The notes: generated by a model from the letters alone, not told the origin. Numbered from the stretch's first letter, positions 33,801 to 48,800 are shown. The stretch is DNA of 64,000 nt from Phallusia mammillata (GCA_965637545.1 OZ281494.1:8928001-8992000), one strand, 5' to 3'. Numbers and translations: made by a program.

Positions 33801-36800
33801 GGAAAGGTTTTAAACATTTTAATGGGGGAATCTGTACGCTAAACGAAGTTCGCTAGAAAAACCTTATCAAGCCTTAGTGGCGATTTTTTATACTTAAACA
33901 GCTGATAACAATCTAAACGTGCATGATTGTTCATTTTCTGCCGGGCAAGGAGCTGTAACCTTAACACCACATAATGAAAGGATTTAAGGTAATTTTTTGG
34001 GTCTTAGCCGTAGAGAGAGGTCACCGAATGAGTTATTTTTAGATCTGGCGCACAACCTGTTTACTTTTGCCTCAGTGCGCACCACCTACCAAGGAGGGGT
34101 GTCAAATTAAAAAGCTTTCAACGTTGTTTGTTGTCACTCAAAGAATCGTGCGGTTAGTCGTGAACCTCCGTATGCACGAGGCCGTGTTCGATGTCTCATC
34201 AAATCTTGTTTAGGTTTAAGAATGAAGCAATTGTTTGTTGATTTTAAATCTCACCCTTTTTGTCGCCTTTGCCTAATTGTAGATTAGAAAGATAAATTAT
34301 AATCTTTGAATTTAATGAACACGTTGGGATTATATACTCAAAATTGGTGTTGCTTGGCGTAACTTGCCAAAAGCCTGTAAAATATATCCTTCGGGGTAAA
34401 CCTACTCAAGGTTGAAAACATATTGTATATTCAACAGGGCGATTACGTTTCAAAAGCAGAGAAATTTTGATTATGAGTTTCTTGCGTCCAAAAACAATAT
34501 TCGTAAACGACTGTACCAAATTCGCTCGCAAACAAACTTTAAACAGAATAAACCTAGTGGTATTTAAAATTACGCAACCCTTTACGACGGTTTTCAATAA
34601 CTCGTTGCCGTTAATGCGCAGTAAACAGGCTTAAATCTTTGTTTTTACGGTCTGTGCTACAAGAGGTCACTGTTCGTAACAAGACCCACAATCATCACTA
34701 TCGTACGCAGCAACGTCTTGCGAAGTACGTCAAACCCTGTGGCCGAGAGCTGGTGTCAAATTTAGGCGTGACGTCATCTCTCTATCATGGTCTCAGATTA
34801 CGGTCGGTGCCGATAAGTGACCAGGGCTCGTGCGATGTCTCGTATGGTGTTTTGCGAGTCTTGAAAAGGTCCCCTTGTGTTTATAGCCAAAATGTAATTG
34901 ACCGCGTTCAACTGAGGAAATTTTTTTGTGTTATACTTTGTACCTACTTCTCAGAACATGCGATAAGTACTGTAACCAACATTTTTTACCACCCAAAATA
35001 CAGATTTTTGCGAATTCAAAGTAAAACGTTTCAAATGCTTATTTTTGAACGCCTCATTTGAGTTTGACGACCTCGATTTGATAAGTAAATTAATAGTTCT
35101 TTGTAAAAACTACATTTTTTGGCAAAAATGTGATAATAACATACAATAAACCTCGTTTAAACCGGATTCGGTTAATCCGGATCTTCGCCTAATTCGGACA
35201 AAATTTAAAGTACAAAAAATTTGTAATGTGGTAAGGCATTAACTAATCGAAATCGGTTAATCCAGATCTTTGTGTATTTAAGAATTTTTTGGTCTAAACA
35301 GGTCCGAAATAACCGAGTTTCACTGTATTTGCTCGTTTTATGATTTCACTTTATTATTCAAAACTAAACAAAGGTTTTCGGGAGATCATTTGTCGCCCTT
35401 AAGTCTTACCGCTATCATGCTCGGTCGTTTCTTATCTTTGAAACTGTTTAGTTCTTAAATCTTATCTCAATTGAGGGAGGAGGGTTGGCGTTCGTTTCGT
35501 GTTTCGTTTACATCCTTTTGTCGCTTGTTTTTAATCGATCACGGAATGGTATGAAGCAGCGCAAAACTGGTTTGTTCCCTTTAAGTTGACTTCTAAATTA
35601 TCTGAAATCTGTAAACAATTGTGTTGTACGTTGTAACAGTTCTGTATAGGGTTTAAACAAATCCGTTGTAACTGTGTATTTTTTCTTGTAAGTTTTGCTG
35701 TAAGATATGAAAATGATTTTTCAGACTTGTTGAAAGATGGTGGGAGGCATATAACCGCTTTATATAATGTGTTGCTGCCAGACGTGACATAAACAACTTT
35801 ATTGCAAATACAAATGCCAGAAGAGCTCTATATAGTTGATATAACCGCTTTTTTGCATGGTTTCGAACTAGTTTCGGAGCACGTATAGCGCAGTGAAGCC
35901 ATAACAGTTTTGTTATTGCAAGTATGCTTTAAAGTTTGCAACGAAAGCCAATAGAAATGTGTGCAGTTCAGTCATTCGTAAGTTTGCAATCTTCACTTTT
36001 TTTTAGATGCTGAAACACGCTTTTCTCAAAATATATTTCTTGTGAGTTTTGGACTCAAAGATTTGCGATACCAAGCTTTGCCTATGTAAGTGATTGTTTA
36101 TAGACGGCCGGTTGGCAAACATGCCGCTCTAATGCGGGTTTGTCTTCCCAGTGTGGTTTACCCCCTGTGGTGTGATTCATTCCAGCCTATTGTTCTATTC
36201 GCCTTAGCACCAGGCTTCGTTGCAACCGCGCAATTCCTATTGTGCGTCAGCTTTAAGCTATGCCGATAAGAAATTCAGACATATACCTGAGAAGTAGCGT
36301 GATAATACGAATCTGCATTAGAGATTGTGTATACAAATGGTGGTGATGCTCTGATAAGGATAAAGCGATAGTTGAAATGAAATATAATGTATTTACTGTA
36401 TACAAGCTCTATGGCTTTATTGGGGGGTTTCAATTTACGGTTATACTTTCACCAAATCGCCACAAGAGCATAAATGGACATGACATATGGTTTCTTTCAA
36501 CGCTAACCATTTCAAGAGCCCGAAAACAGCTAACATTTAACGCAACAGCGGTGCAAATGTCACCGACCTCCACCAGTCAAAGGTCAGAGGTATTGCGCAA
36601 AACCGCCATTAGTAAAGCAGAAATATGTAGGCAGGTCAGACCGTTGGACGAAATCGTAAAACCGCCGAGCGCCCAGCGCCGTTTGAAGCTTTACGAGCGT
36701 TCACTTGCGTGTTTGTCGTGGTATTGTTCGCCCGAAAGCCATTTTACGACAGTTGGTGGGTCTTCTTTCGGCAATTTACCGCGTCTTGCACTGCTCTTGG

Positions 36801-39800
36801 ACATAGAAGTTTGCCTAAAACGCCGGTGAACAAAACCTGGAGGTAATAAGTCGAGAGTGAGAAATTTGTGGTTTTTAATACATGATGAAGAATATTCAGT
36901 TTTAAATATTGGATTATTTTGAAGTGAAAATGGCAAACAGAAGCTTAAGGAAAGGCTGTTGTGCTTTACAGTAGCGGAGTGAAGACTAGATTTTTTTAAA
37001 GGTGTTTTATGTGCAAGGTGTCGAAACGTACTAACTATTTTGTTTAAGCTACATTTCGCCAATTACCATTTTCCTGCTTAGCAATCAGATCGCAGATGGT
37101 GTGATAATCATAGATTGCTTCAATTTACGTCTCATAGCGTGTCTGCAGTTTTAATGACCTATTCTTACTCTATCGTGAAACCACCCCCCTTCTATTATTC
37201 GTACGTATATTGTCAGCAGATATCTCGCTATTTTTATCTCCTCCCATTTCAGTCACACGCGTCATATGTCAATCAACCGACATTTCCCCTTTACTCATAT
37301 GCGACGATTGACACTTGGGTAGTGGTAGGAGGACTTGCTACCCCGAATCAATACGTAAACGCAATAGCGTGTTTCTCATATGAACGGAAGACGGCATATA
37401 GCTTCGCAAGCAACCGCCATTCACCCAAACGACTGCTGACGTAACCGTTCTGACGTCATAGCTTGTCGCGCGTCGTTGAAATATTGCGTCGCGAAATAGC
37501 TCGGCAACGTCGATGCTTGTGAAATGAAACCGTTGCCCATTCATTTGCTTTAGCGCAAACATTGTGTAATTCGCGGTTGCCTGTGTTGTATATACAGAGG
37601 TTATGAATGTTGTGCTTACGGCGTTACATAACTATTGAGGAGAAACTGTTACCGTATTTTATAGATATGTTAAAAAGGGTTTCTAGTCTAGTATGAATGA
37701 ATGTATGTGCTTTAGGTTTGTAATTCTGCTTATAATATTCGCTGAGTTACCATGCCATTGAAGAGAAGCGGGTACTGCATCCTAAAGATATGTTCAAAAA
37801 GGAATTGGTAGTCGAGCATATGTACTAAAGTGCTTTAGATTTGGGCCAGAGTTTTAAATTCCAGGCGAACGGCTACGAAAAAACGTTGATGATGTGCAGT
37901 TGAAGAATTTGAGCATGGAAATTTTCTCCAAAGCGAAATGCATTAGTACAATACCCGACAGGACAGCGTAGCCCACAGGCCGTTTGTTGTGTCTTTGCGT
38001 CTTAAAATTGTCGCAAAAACTCCAGGTATTCGGCACACCCCGTCTCTCACCACCCTTTCGCAGGCATTTGTGGCGTGACCCCTTCCTAATGGAGGAAATG
38101 CCGCGACCGGATTGTAAATACGATCTACGTTGTTTCGTGATTGTGCTTTCAAGTAGGTAAACCCGAGTTTTTGAAGTAACGAGTTTTTGATTCCTAGCAC
38201 AAGTGGTTGTTCGGCAGTGTTGCCTCTTGGATAGATTTGATTTGTGAGACAGGTTGACAAGGAACAGACATTGCCGTGTCTCGTTGTGCGGCTTCCGCTT
38301 AAACGTTTGTCAAGGGTTTGTTGGATGGCACGCAAAGGGTGGGGGCTTCAAATACTGGGAAATTTTACAGCGTGTTTCTTGTATGGATTGTTGTGTTAAA
38401 ATTTTCTCATTGTCCAGTATTGTGGAAATGTCAGATATTTGTGACAAATTGCTGTCTAGCCCATTTTACAGATTTGAAGACTTTCTCGGAATGAGTCAAA
38501 GCACAAATGACGCACTTCAAAAACGCTCATAAAAATTGCACAATAAAAAAATTTCTACAAAGTGTGGGAAAATGGACGTAATAAAAGCAACGCATGCGCC
38601 AGATGCTTTCCTTCATTGGTTAAAAGCGGAAATCTTTGTTTGCATGACTCGCAAAGCCGATTGGTCATTGTCGCAATCCAACGCAACACGTAATAACAAA
38701 ACGAGCAGTGTACGCCGTTTAACGTCAACCAGTGCCTTAACGTGGGCATTTTATTTGACCAAAGCGCTTTGATGTCCCGATACCGAATCACAACCCAGCC
38801 ATAATTGCGGGCTCACCTACGCTGCCCAGTCGCCAGTTATAAATTCCGCTGGTCAACCATTCATGAAATCACGTGATAAAAGGATTACGTCATATTGACC
38901 TTGTAGCTCTCTGTAATGCCAGACATCCCGAAATTGGGGTCGATTGTGGCGATTAGCTGGAGTCAAAACGGACGTGGTCCTTATGGCGTTGCCCTCGTGT
39001 GCGGTTAATAACCGAATACCTGCTCGTATTGTAATTGCTCGCGCGTGTACTGTTACGATGAGTCTGCTCGTGTGGGCGACTGCGTAGGCATGTTAACTAG
39101 CGCCGCTTTACCGAATGGATTACTTGTAAGGCGAAATTAGTCGTAGCTGTTACACTTTGGGAAGGGATGAGGCGTAGGATGAGCAACAACGGACAGTTAG
39201 TATGGACAATTTAATAAAACTGTGGCAGAGAAATCAAAGACAAAAATAAGAATTAGGACAGAGTGATGTTTACAACCACTGTGTTCGCTTCGTAGCGAGC
39301 TGTAAATGTCAAATTTGACTAAAGTTTTATTTACAAAAACAGATACAGGATTCCTTGTAGCACGCTTTAGTTTGAATTTTAATGTCATTTTCTCAACACA
39401 GGGCGATTTGTTGGGTGAGGCGCGTCCTCTCACGCTTGTATAGTTTTGTATATCCGAAGTCAGACGGCGTTCGAAGCTGCCAGCTTTGTCACCTGCACAC
39501 CGACGCGACGTTACAGGAAGGCCCGCCGCGCTTGCGTCCCAGCGAAGTGCGACCTCTCGACCATTTACAGCAGGCGTCGTCTGTCAATTCGCTTTTAACC
39601 AAATGCCAAGTTTGTCACCACTCGACAGCGTACGTAGCTGTTGCGCGCACACCGCTATGTTAAACTCATCTCCGTATGTTTGCGTAAGGGGTGTGTATTG
39701 AGCTACGAAGCTCGCCTGACGTAAAGGAAAGTCGCGTGAGTGTTCTGTCGCGTGAGTGAAGGCAAACTTGAGGCAAGAAAGGGCACGCACAGTCAAACAT

Positions 39801-42800
39801 ATCTCTTATTCAGACTGAGATAGAACTGGTGATGGTGAATTGATCCATTGTGCTGCTTCTCGGCTTGTGGTTGCACAAGAGATAGTCGGTTTTTTTGATA
39901 AGACATAGGCGACCGCTCGATAAAGATAGGGTTCTGGTAATTGTTGAAACGATGCCTTGTCCGCTAGTTTAATTGAGTATGTGCTTTACGTTGCTAAGTG
40001 ATTTTACTGAGTTTTGTGTGTCGGTTTTAAGCTGGTGCCAAACGTGCTTAGGCCAGTCAATCAGAAATTGAAATCTTTTTTGTTTTGTTTTTTTTGTGCC
40101 GGTTTGGGATTTTTTCATGTAACCTTTATCGTAGAAAGCCAACGAACACGAATTAGTGCCTTTACATTACTCGTAAAGTTGCGTTTCAGTTCATAAAACA
40201 TAGCCTACGCGATCACAAAGCATTACAAGAACCTTTGTTTGTTTCTAGTATGCGATTACTTTGTTAATTAATTCACGCTTAAAAAGTTCACTTCGGTCCG
40301 TGTTACGGTATCAGACACAATACATCTAAATAGGTTTTATCGCTCTTAAGATACCATTGCTCTCAAACTTACAACTGTTTGTCTAACGATTCGCAAACAA
40401 AGATAATAATTCACCCTGGATTCTAACTCTCACCGCTATAGCCGTGCAAGGTCGCTGGTATCGCAATTGTTGCAAATAATATGGGACGATCTCTTATCTC
40501 CTCGTAATAGCGGGTTTCGTTCCAACGGCATTGTTGTCGGTCGCCGTAAGGATTATAACCACCATTGTTGCAGACCTATCTTTTTTCGTTCCCACCAAGA
40601 AGGCAGTATTACAACCCGACGTTTATAACGCAAGAGCACCATTAGGTTTTGCAGCCAGAGCAATAGAGAGGATACGGTTAATCCCTTTTCGAGCGAGCTT
40701 TGGTAGTACAAGTGCCGCCTACGCTTGGTTAAATGCGAGGTAGTTTTGACCACCAGTAAAATAACCTGTTTACTAACAGTGCTAACTTCGCCTACGATAC
40801 AACTATTAGCGTGGGGTCATATTCTTTGTGTTACAATAGGATTAGCGCTTAGGGTATAGCGCGCAGTTGAAAATATTATAACCCTTAACTGCTGTGATCA
40901 ATGGCCATCAAACGCACTTTAAACATAGGTCGCTTTGAAGTGATGTGATATCGTCGATTAAAACAAGAGCAATTAAATTGACGCATGTTTGTTGCTGAGT
41001 TCGCTTCTCATGTGCCTGTAAGAGGTTTATTGAAAGACACGTGTGTTAGTAATACGTACTGTACAGACGGTTATAGCGAGAGATGCGACCAGAAATGAAT
41101 AAGGCCGGTTGCTACCGTCGTGAATCAGATCCTACTTTGGTTGGTCATGGGCTCATGACAAGTTCAGAATGGTCTAAGGCAGTTACCATACAGTCAATTT
41201 GTTGTGGCAGGATATGTCGACAAAAAAGGTCGTTGTAGTAACTTTGTGGCCTAACCGGTCAGCTATGGCGTTTTCTTCTTGTGTCTGATGCTAAAATAAC
41301 TTCCAATTACTTCGGAATTATGGGATTGCGAATATTCGTCAATAGCGCAGACTCAAATCCTCGTATTTCAGACGGTTGCGTATTTTCAAAATAGCGCAAG
41401 TCACGTTGACTCTGGTATTACACCAGTCGTAAAAATCACCACTATTTCCCGTTTCTCAACACGCGACGGACGCAAATAGCCTATGGACTCGATATCGTTG
41501 CCAGGTTTGCGCGGTCATCTAGAGGCGCTCAGACAATTTGGCTGAGTGCAACAGTCCAGTCATCCAAAGGCGACCTGGTTTCACAGCCGATGACCCTCAC
41601 ATCATGCTGCACAACCGCTGTCACATGTTGCCAAGCATCTGAGTGATACGGTGTACTTATGGTCTTGGTTTTGTGAGACAGTTTGTTCAGTATTGGTAAA
41701 ATAGTATTTAATGAAAGATAATGCGTGTTTTGCTTAGAGTTGCGTTTACAATGCATCAACTGTTATGAAAGTGGTCACTGCTTTGTTACAGGGAATAGCT
41801 TTCCAATTTAGTTACCAGGTAACATTCAGGAACTGCAAACAGCTGTGTGTTCTTTGTCCTAATGGCATGAACAGAATGTCTTGGTTAGTTTAGTTATAGT
41901 GTTAATTGTTCGCGCTTTGACAGTTGAGACGGTCAGACGTGTCAGAATGTGATGTTGCTTGTCATTATGAAAACGCCGCGCTGACGTGTGTATTCTGTCT
42001 AATCGTTGACCCAGAAACTCAATCCTGCGCTTATTTGACGCGTCGGCAGCGTTTATTACGTCACAGAGTCTGCCTGCATGGTTTGCATATCGCCAGGCCT
42101 ATGGCATATGGTGATTTTGAACCACAGCAGTTAGACTTTGAATATGTTTATAACACTATCACGTATCAGTTCGTAAGTTAATGAAAAACAGATAACTTAA
42201 ACAGTCGTAAAAGCAAGAATCTTATCCTAACCTTGGTGGATACTGTAATAATTTACATTTCTGTCGATTTGGCATTTTTATTATGCTTCTCAGAAATATT
42301 TTTGTCTGGAAAAGTGTCGGGCTTTAGACAGTTTTTACGAGGCCAATGGGTCGTAAAATGGCAGTTGTTTTGATTCGAAAATGCCTCTGGAATCCATCGC
42401 ATAATCAGTTACAGATAATTGCCTTAAAATGTACGCATACCGGTAGAGCAATTTCTCAATGCGCGGACAGCTAACAACCGCATTGTTAAGGCACGAAAAT
42501 TGCGCAAACGGTCATTTGACCAATCTACCGGAGGTGTTCTAAACCAGCCATGGCAATTACTAGGTCCCTGGTCGTCCTTTCACTGCGTTATTACCAATGG
42601 CAAATCTTCGTGGAATTTCGTCTGCAGTTTGTTAAGCTCCTTACGCGTTTAAGTTTGTGCTGTGCTCTATTGCTATTGGCGCTCCAATTAGCCAGGGCAA
42701 TTAACCGGCTCAGAGAATAGCGCTAATCTCGAAATTACCCTGTTGTTTAAATACCCGACTGGCTGTATATGATTGCACAATAGTCTATTTTGGTTGTTTC

Positions 42801-45800
42801 GCGTCCGGTGTTGATATATGAGTAGCGGTGATGTTTTGGTGTGATTTTAGGGCTGGTCTGTTCATAAACCGTGAATTCACTTGTCAAATATTTATTTTAG
42901 CAACGTTATTTTTGTGTTTCGTCTGTAATTCCACGTAAGATTCAGGGTGGAACGCTAAGTAAGCTTAAAACCGCAACCAAATTCAACAACTCCTTGGGCG
43001 GGTCGCTTTCCGGCTTTTCCTATCTCAGCCAATAACATGCTATATTGAACACGATACTACTACAATATAATTCGCATCGCCCTATTCAGAGTCAATTTCT
43101 CACCATGCTCAAACGCAGCTGGTACAAAAGCGCCGGTGGGATTCACTGTGAAAACACCCACCCAGACATATATCACGGCCGTTGCCGATCTCTTGTTTTC
43201 GTCACAATGCCTAACACCTGTTGTGACACAACAGAACAACACGGATTTGTTGCGTCTTTCAAATAACCGTTCTCGCCGTCCGGAAGCAATCCGTTCGAAC
43301 GGTCACCCTTCGCTGCGCGCGTTTGACGAGGCGTGACCGGCAAAAAAGGCCTGCAAACTTTGGCTGGCATTGAGCACCAGTGAAGCGCTCACGAATTTAT
43401 TATAAGACCCGCTGGCCTTGTGGTTGCATTGAGGAATGGTTTGGTTTTGTGTGTTGAACAGCAACGTGAAGTAGGTAGCCATGATATTTGTTGTATTTTC
43501 GAAAAAGACAGAAACAAAAATAGTGTTACTTTTTGAAATTTGTGCTGATCAAGTATCTTTATGCTTCAGGCCTTAAGTTCAAGAAATTATAGGTCACATA
43601 ATACACGCTGCTTTAAATAATTCATTGCGATCACATTGGATTAACATGAAACATCTTGTGGCCGTTGACCACTCGGACAAGAGCCTGTCCCTCAAGTGCG
43701 ATTCGCTGGTGATCACGGTAAGTTTATTTTGGCGTCACACTGAGCTTGTTGATTCTGATGAGTCCGATTTTGGGTCAAGTGTTTTTGCTGAGCCACCTTA
43801 AGCCGAAGGCTCTTAACTTGAAGATGTAGTGCGATCAAGGAACCTGGCGACTTATGTTTTTTTCGTATGTGTGCTGATACAACAAACGACTGCTGGAGAT
43901 TAACAAGAGTGGCGATTTGAGCGCTTAGCATTCCACTGGCCAAATCGAATTCCAATCGCTATTGTCATTTATTTTTTATCTGCACATCCAGTCTTCTCTG
44001 TGTGTACAAGCACCACCCAGCCTTTCTAAGCAAATTGAACGCGTTTGACAATCACCAGTGACAGCGCTGGTTCTATGCAGCCGTTGAATATCTGGGATTG
44101 TCGTGACATTCGGAAGCTCTTGAGCTGTACAAATATTTGTTGGTGCTGTGTCGAAGATTGACGACGGCGCGATCGCTTTAAGACGAGTCGCAGCCCAATT
44201 CGTTTCCCGATAAGAGATGCCTCTTGACTTGGGATTAGATTTTAGCTCACTGTGTGTCGTGCTGCTCCAATTGTCATTAACATTAGCGTTTGTTGCCTGC
44301 GCGAATGCACTCTTATAGCGAGTTTGCAAACCCACACAGTACAGCCAACTTTTTTTTAATTTTTACGAAAACTCCATTGCTCTATAAATAGAATACAAGT
44401 TTTAAGGGACTTTCGCAATGATATTTCGGGAAGAGTTTTCGTCTCGAAGGGGGATCGATAACTGCTAAAATAGCGTGAAAAAACTTGTCTTCAAACCGCT
44501 GTGCCAAAATCATGACTTTTGTGGTTGGAAATATACGCGAACTATATACGTTTATCATGTTCAGAATTTTTATAGCTTTGAGTCTTATCTGTGGCATACT
44601 TTGTTGATAGGACGAGAATGCGAAACTTCGTGAGCAAATGGATGCGATGATGACTGCCATGAAGCAGAAGGAAAGCGAGAAATCGTTGATCCTGAATCGC
44701 CAGCACACACTTGGCCACGGTAAGACATTAATTTCAAGCCCAAATTTTTAATATTTTTATTCGACCGTAGTCATTGTTTTTTCGCAGTTAAATACAAAGA
44801 CATCTGCGCTTTTAAGTTTATTGAACATTTTAGTGCAAAATTTGCAGCTTTATTGACTTGCATCCAAATAACAAATACGTGCACAGATATTGATACGTTG
44901 TCGAACGACGATGGTCTGAGTTCATCGCTGGACGATCTTGCTTCCGCTGCCAGTGGCGACGCCTTACAATCCACTTCAGTATCAAGATCCACATCAACAG
45001 AAAATCTCCTCGATGATGGATCTATCTCATATTCACATTCAGGTAATTTCAAACTTTGACCCTACATCGAAAGTCCTTAACCGGGGCCACTTTTGTTTGC
45101 TGTTTTTGTGGCAATAATAAAGACTTGGGCTGTTTCAGGGAACAAGTAATGTCTGTTATGTATAATTTTGTGGAATACTCTGTCTTGAAAAGTGTCTGAT
45201 TTAGCTGCTGCCGTGTTGGTTTGAAGTCACTGTTTGCCTCTTAGGCGTGTATGTGCAGTTATATCGCCCAATTAAAAGTTTTTAATGAAGTTTATTTGAA
45301 AATGCTCGAAAATTTTCATCAGCGAAATCAGTGTTTATCTTCGGTTTCTTCGTATATGAAAACAAAGCCCAAATATTCTCCCCGTTGTGTTTTCCTCAAT
45401 TTCACGCTTGGCTCGGTGACATATACCAACCCACCGCCAATATTGGTTCGCGCAGCGCCCAAAAATGTCACCACCTCCGTCCGTGGGGTATTTCTCCCAA
45501 TATATATTGTCGTATGGTTTCCACGTCTCAAAAAAACTTAGATGTGATCGGATATATTTTGAAACCAGTCGCTAAATGCTGTATCGCATTCATGTACGGT
45601 CCGATATCCACCTTGTAACTTGGTTGTGGGGCATTTTAGGACAAGATGGTCGGTGTCTTGCTTATCTGCCCCACAGTGAGGGCATTCCGAACTCGTTCTT
45701 TCGCCCCAGCGTTGAAGCATGTGGGCAGTGCGAGCGTGTTTTGATCGCAGTCGGTTCGCTGCTACCCAGTTACGTCTATGTGCTAAGTCGAAACCTGGCA

Positions 45801-48800
45801 GTGGAGTTGTTGGGTCGTCTACTAGCTCTCCTCCAGCGGGCATGTTATTAAACCAATATTGTTTCCATTTTTCAGTCATATCGAAAGTGTTGTCAGTCTC
45901 TAAGTTGTAGATTGGATGCCTGGATTTTAGTCTACGTGTTTTTGGTGCTTGTCTTATAATTTTGGTGAGGGGAATTTCCTCGGGAAGTGTTTGAAGATTC
46001 TGTATCATCTTCATAGCTGATGCTCTGCGTCGTAAGTGTGGGGGAGGTATTGCACTCATTGTTGGTAGCCATGTAATAGGGGTGGATTTTAGAGTTCCTG
46101 ATATTATTCGCATTGTTCTGTTCAGTTGGATGTCCAATTTTTTAGTGTGAGTACTACGCTCCCATGTCGAAGCACAGTATTCTGCGGCGCTGTAACACAA
46201 AGCTAAGGCAGATGTTCTCAGGACTGATTGACTTGCTCCCCATCTGGTGGCTGCTAGTTTGTTGATCAGTGAGTTTCTAGTTTTTATCTTGTTTGATAGT
46301 TTCTCCAAATGTTGTCTATAATTTAAAGTTCTGTCTAATGTTATTCCAAGATACTTCGGATTGGGGTCCGTTGGCAGTTGCTTTCCATCAATTGTAATAT
46401 TCAGTTGTTGGTTTGCGCGGTGATTGTCCAGATGGAAAAGAGTTGTCACTGTTTTAGTGGTGTTCATTTGTAGATACCATGTCGTGAAGTATTCCTGGAG
46501 AGTGGTGAGATCAGCTGTGAGTTGGTTTTGAATCGTTGTTAGACAATTTCCTTGATAAGTTAGTGCCCAGTCATCCGCATAGCCGAATTTAAGACATTTG
46601 GTTTTAGGCATGTCTCTGATGTATACGTTGAATAGTGTAGGGGCCAGTACGGAGCCCTGAGGTACCCCGTTTTTTATTTTAAAAGTTTTGCTGGTGTCGG
46701 AACCTACACATGTGTAGAAGCGACGAGTACCTGTCATTTTTGATATGATTCGCAGCATGGTTCTGCATTTTATTATTTTTGCTAGTTTTAGTAGAAGACC
46801 ATCATGCCATACTGTATCGTAGGCAGCTGATAAATCTACGAATATGGCTCCAGTTGTGTTTTTTAGTTCATATCCTGTTTCAATGTGTGATGTTAAAGCA
46901 AGGACTTGTTCACTGGTGCAACGATGTTTTCTAAACCCAGATTGTTCAGAGGGTAAGAATGGTTCGACCAGTGGCGTTATTCTGGCAAGTATGATTCTTT
47001 CCAGAACTTTGTAGGTGCAGCATAGAAGAGAAATTGGCCTGTAACTGCTTGGATTGGTTGGATCTTTTCCTGGTTTCAAAATTGCTATCACCTTTGCTAT
47101 TTTCCAATCTTTGGGAAGTTTTCCGGTTTGAATAATGTCTGTCAATGCGGTCCTCAGCCATTGAAGACTGTTATTTCCTAAATGTTTCAGCATTTCAGGG
47201 TAAATTCCATCTATTCCAGCAGCTTTGCTCGCTTTTGTTTGCTTTAGCGACTCTTTTAATTCTGACATTAGTATATGTGATGACAGGTTGGAATCTTCCG
47301 TGTATGTGCGGTATAGTTGTTGATATTCTTTTCTTACAGATTTTTCAAAAGTGTGGTTTGGTTTATGGTGTCCTCGTTGTTTAATTTCCTTTGCGATTTG
47401 GTTTGCACTTATCGGAGCTGCAGTTTTGGGCTTTGATGTTGAATTAAGGTCCAGTTTATGTAGAAGTGCCCATGCTTTACGGCTTGAGTGTTTGAAGTCG
47501 AGATTTTCAACTGTACTGATCCATCTGTTTCTCCTGTCTTTATTAAGCGATGATAATAGTTGGTCTGCTGTATTATTGTCATTTGTTTCTTCGTAGGCTT
47601 TGAACAAGGCCTCACTTTCTTTTGACCAGCAGGGAACATACTTTTTTCGTCTACCTCTTGGAATGTAGCGTCTTGCACTTTTTAAAACTAGTTTGTGAAA
47701 TCTGGGTATTGTTTGAGCTGATGGAGGAATATGGATGCATGTCTGGTCCACGGCTTTGGCAAAGTTTTCCCAATTAGCTTGTTCGAAGTTCCATCTGTTT
47801 TTTGGAAGGGAGTTGATGATAGGAATTTTTAATCCAACTGTAGTTATTATGGGCCGATGTTGGCTATGTGGAAAGGAGGGCAGAATTTCCGTAGATGCTG
47901 GCAATGGATCGAGGTTATCGTTTTTTGATACGAGGCATAGATCTGTTGAATAATCTTTGTTCCATCTTGAGGAATGAAAGGTACCATGGGTTTTGGGGTC
48001 GCCAATTAGCGCCACTTTCGAATCACGCAGCGGTTTTTAAATGCACGCCGCGCCAGAAATGCGTTGTTTCCGCCCGAAAATCAATTTGTTGTGTTTCAAA
48101 TTTTAGCGTCACGCTCCGACGATAAAACGTCAGAGGGCGGCATCAGCGAATCTTCGTCGGTCACGGTTGCCTGCCTCACCGAACGTATTCATCGTATGGA
48201 GGAAAGTCACATTAGCACTAATGAAGAACTCGAGGCTACAGTGCAGGTACAATACACACTATTTTGTGCCTTTAAAACCAGTGTTTCTCGCAATGTTCTC
48301 AAACTTCATAACCACAGGGCGCACCTTAACAACAACAACAATTTTAATGGCGGGTTGAACAAACGCAATTCTGTGCATTTTAGACCAGTGTTTCTGGCAA
48401 TGTTTTATCCAGCGGTGCACCATTGATAGTAATGTTGAAAAATCTGTCATTTCACGAGATTTATATTATACAAACAGCTTTCGCACCGTTTGGGAACCAC
48501 TGATTTAGACTTACACTTGCCTATCTTCATATTTTGGGAAAGTCTTGAATTGGAATCTTTCTGTGACCCACGCTTGCTCTATATGTCATTTGTATTAGGC
48601 CCTTTGAATAATCGGAATGCATGGAAAATATAGCAATTGAATTTAACATACTTGGTTTATTATGATTTCTGTACTGTAGTTCATCTTTTATGTAGCAAAT
48701 AATCAGGAACTATAATCTACTTCAGTCCTATATCAATCAACTTTCAAGCAAAAAATAAAACTATTTGGACGTAAACCTGAAGTCTAGGTTTTTTGTTTTT

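Noticed and set aside
43745-43780. CTGATGAGTCC resembling a hammerhead core
   Set aside because: No GGAC-GAAA closing stem II downstream.
45576-47953. Several plus-strand ORFs overlapping the LINE
   Set aside because: Antisense shadows of the long RT frame.
45497-48006. ccaat as a TSD for the LINE
   Set aside because: Only 5 bp and AT-rich; cannot be distinguished from chance.
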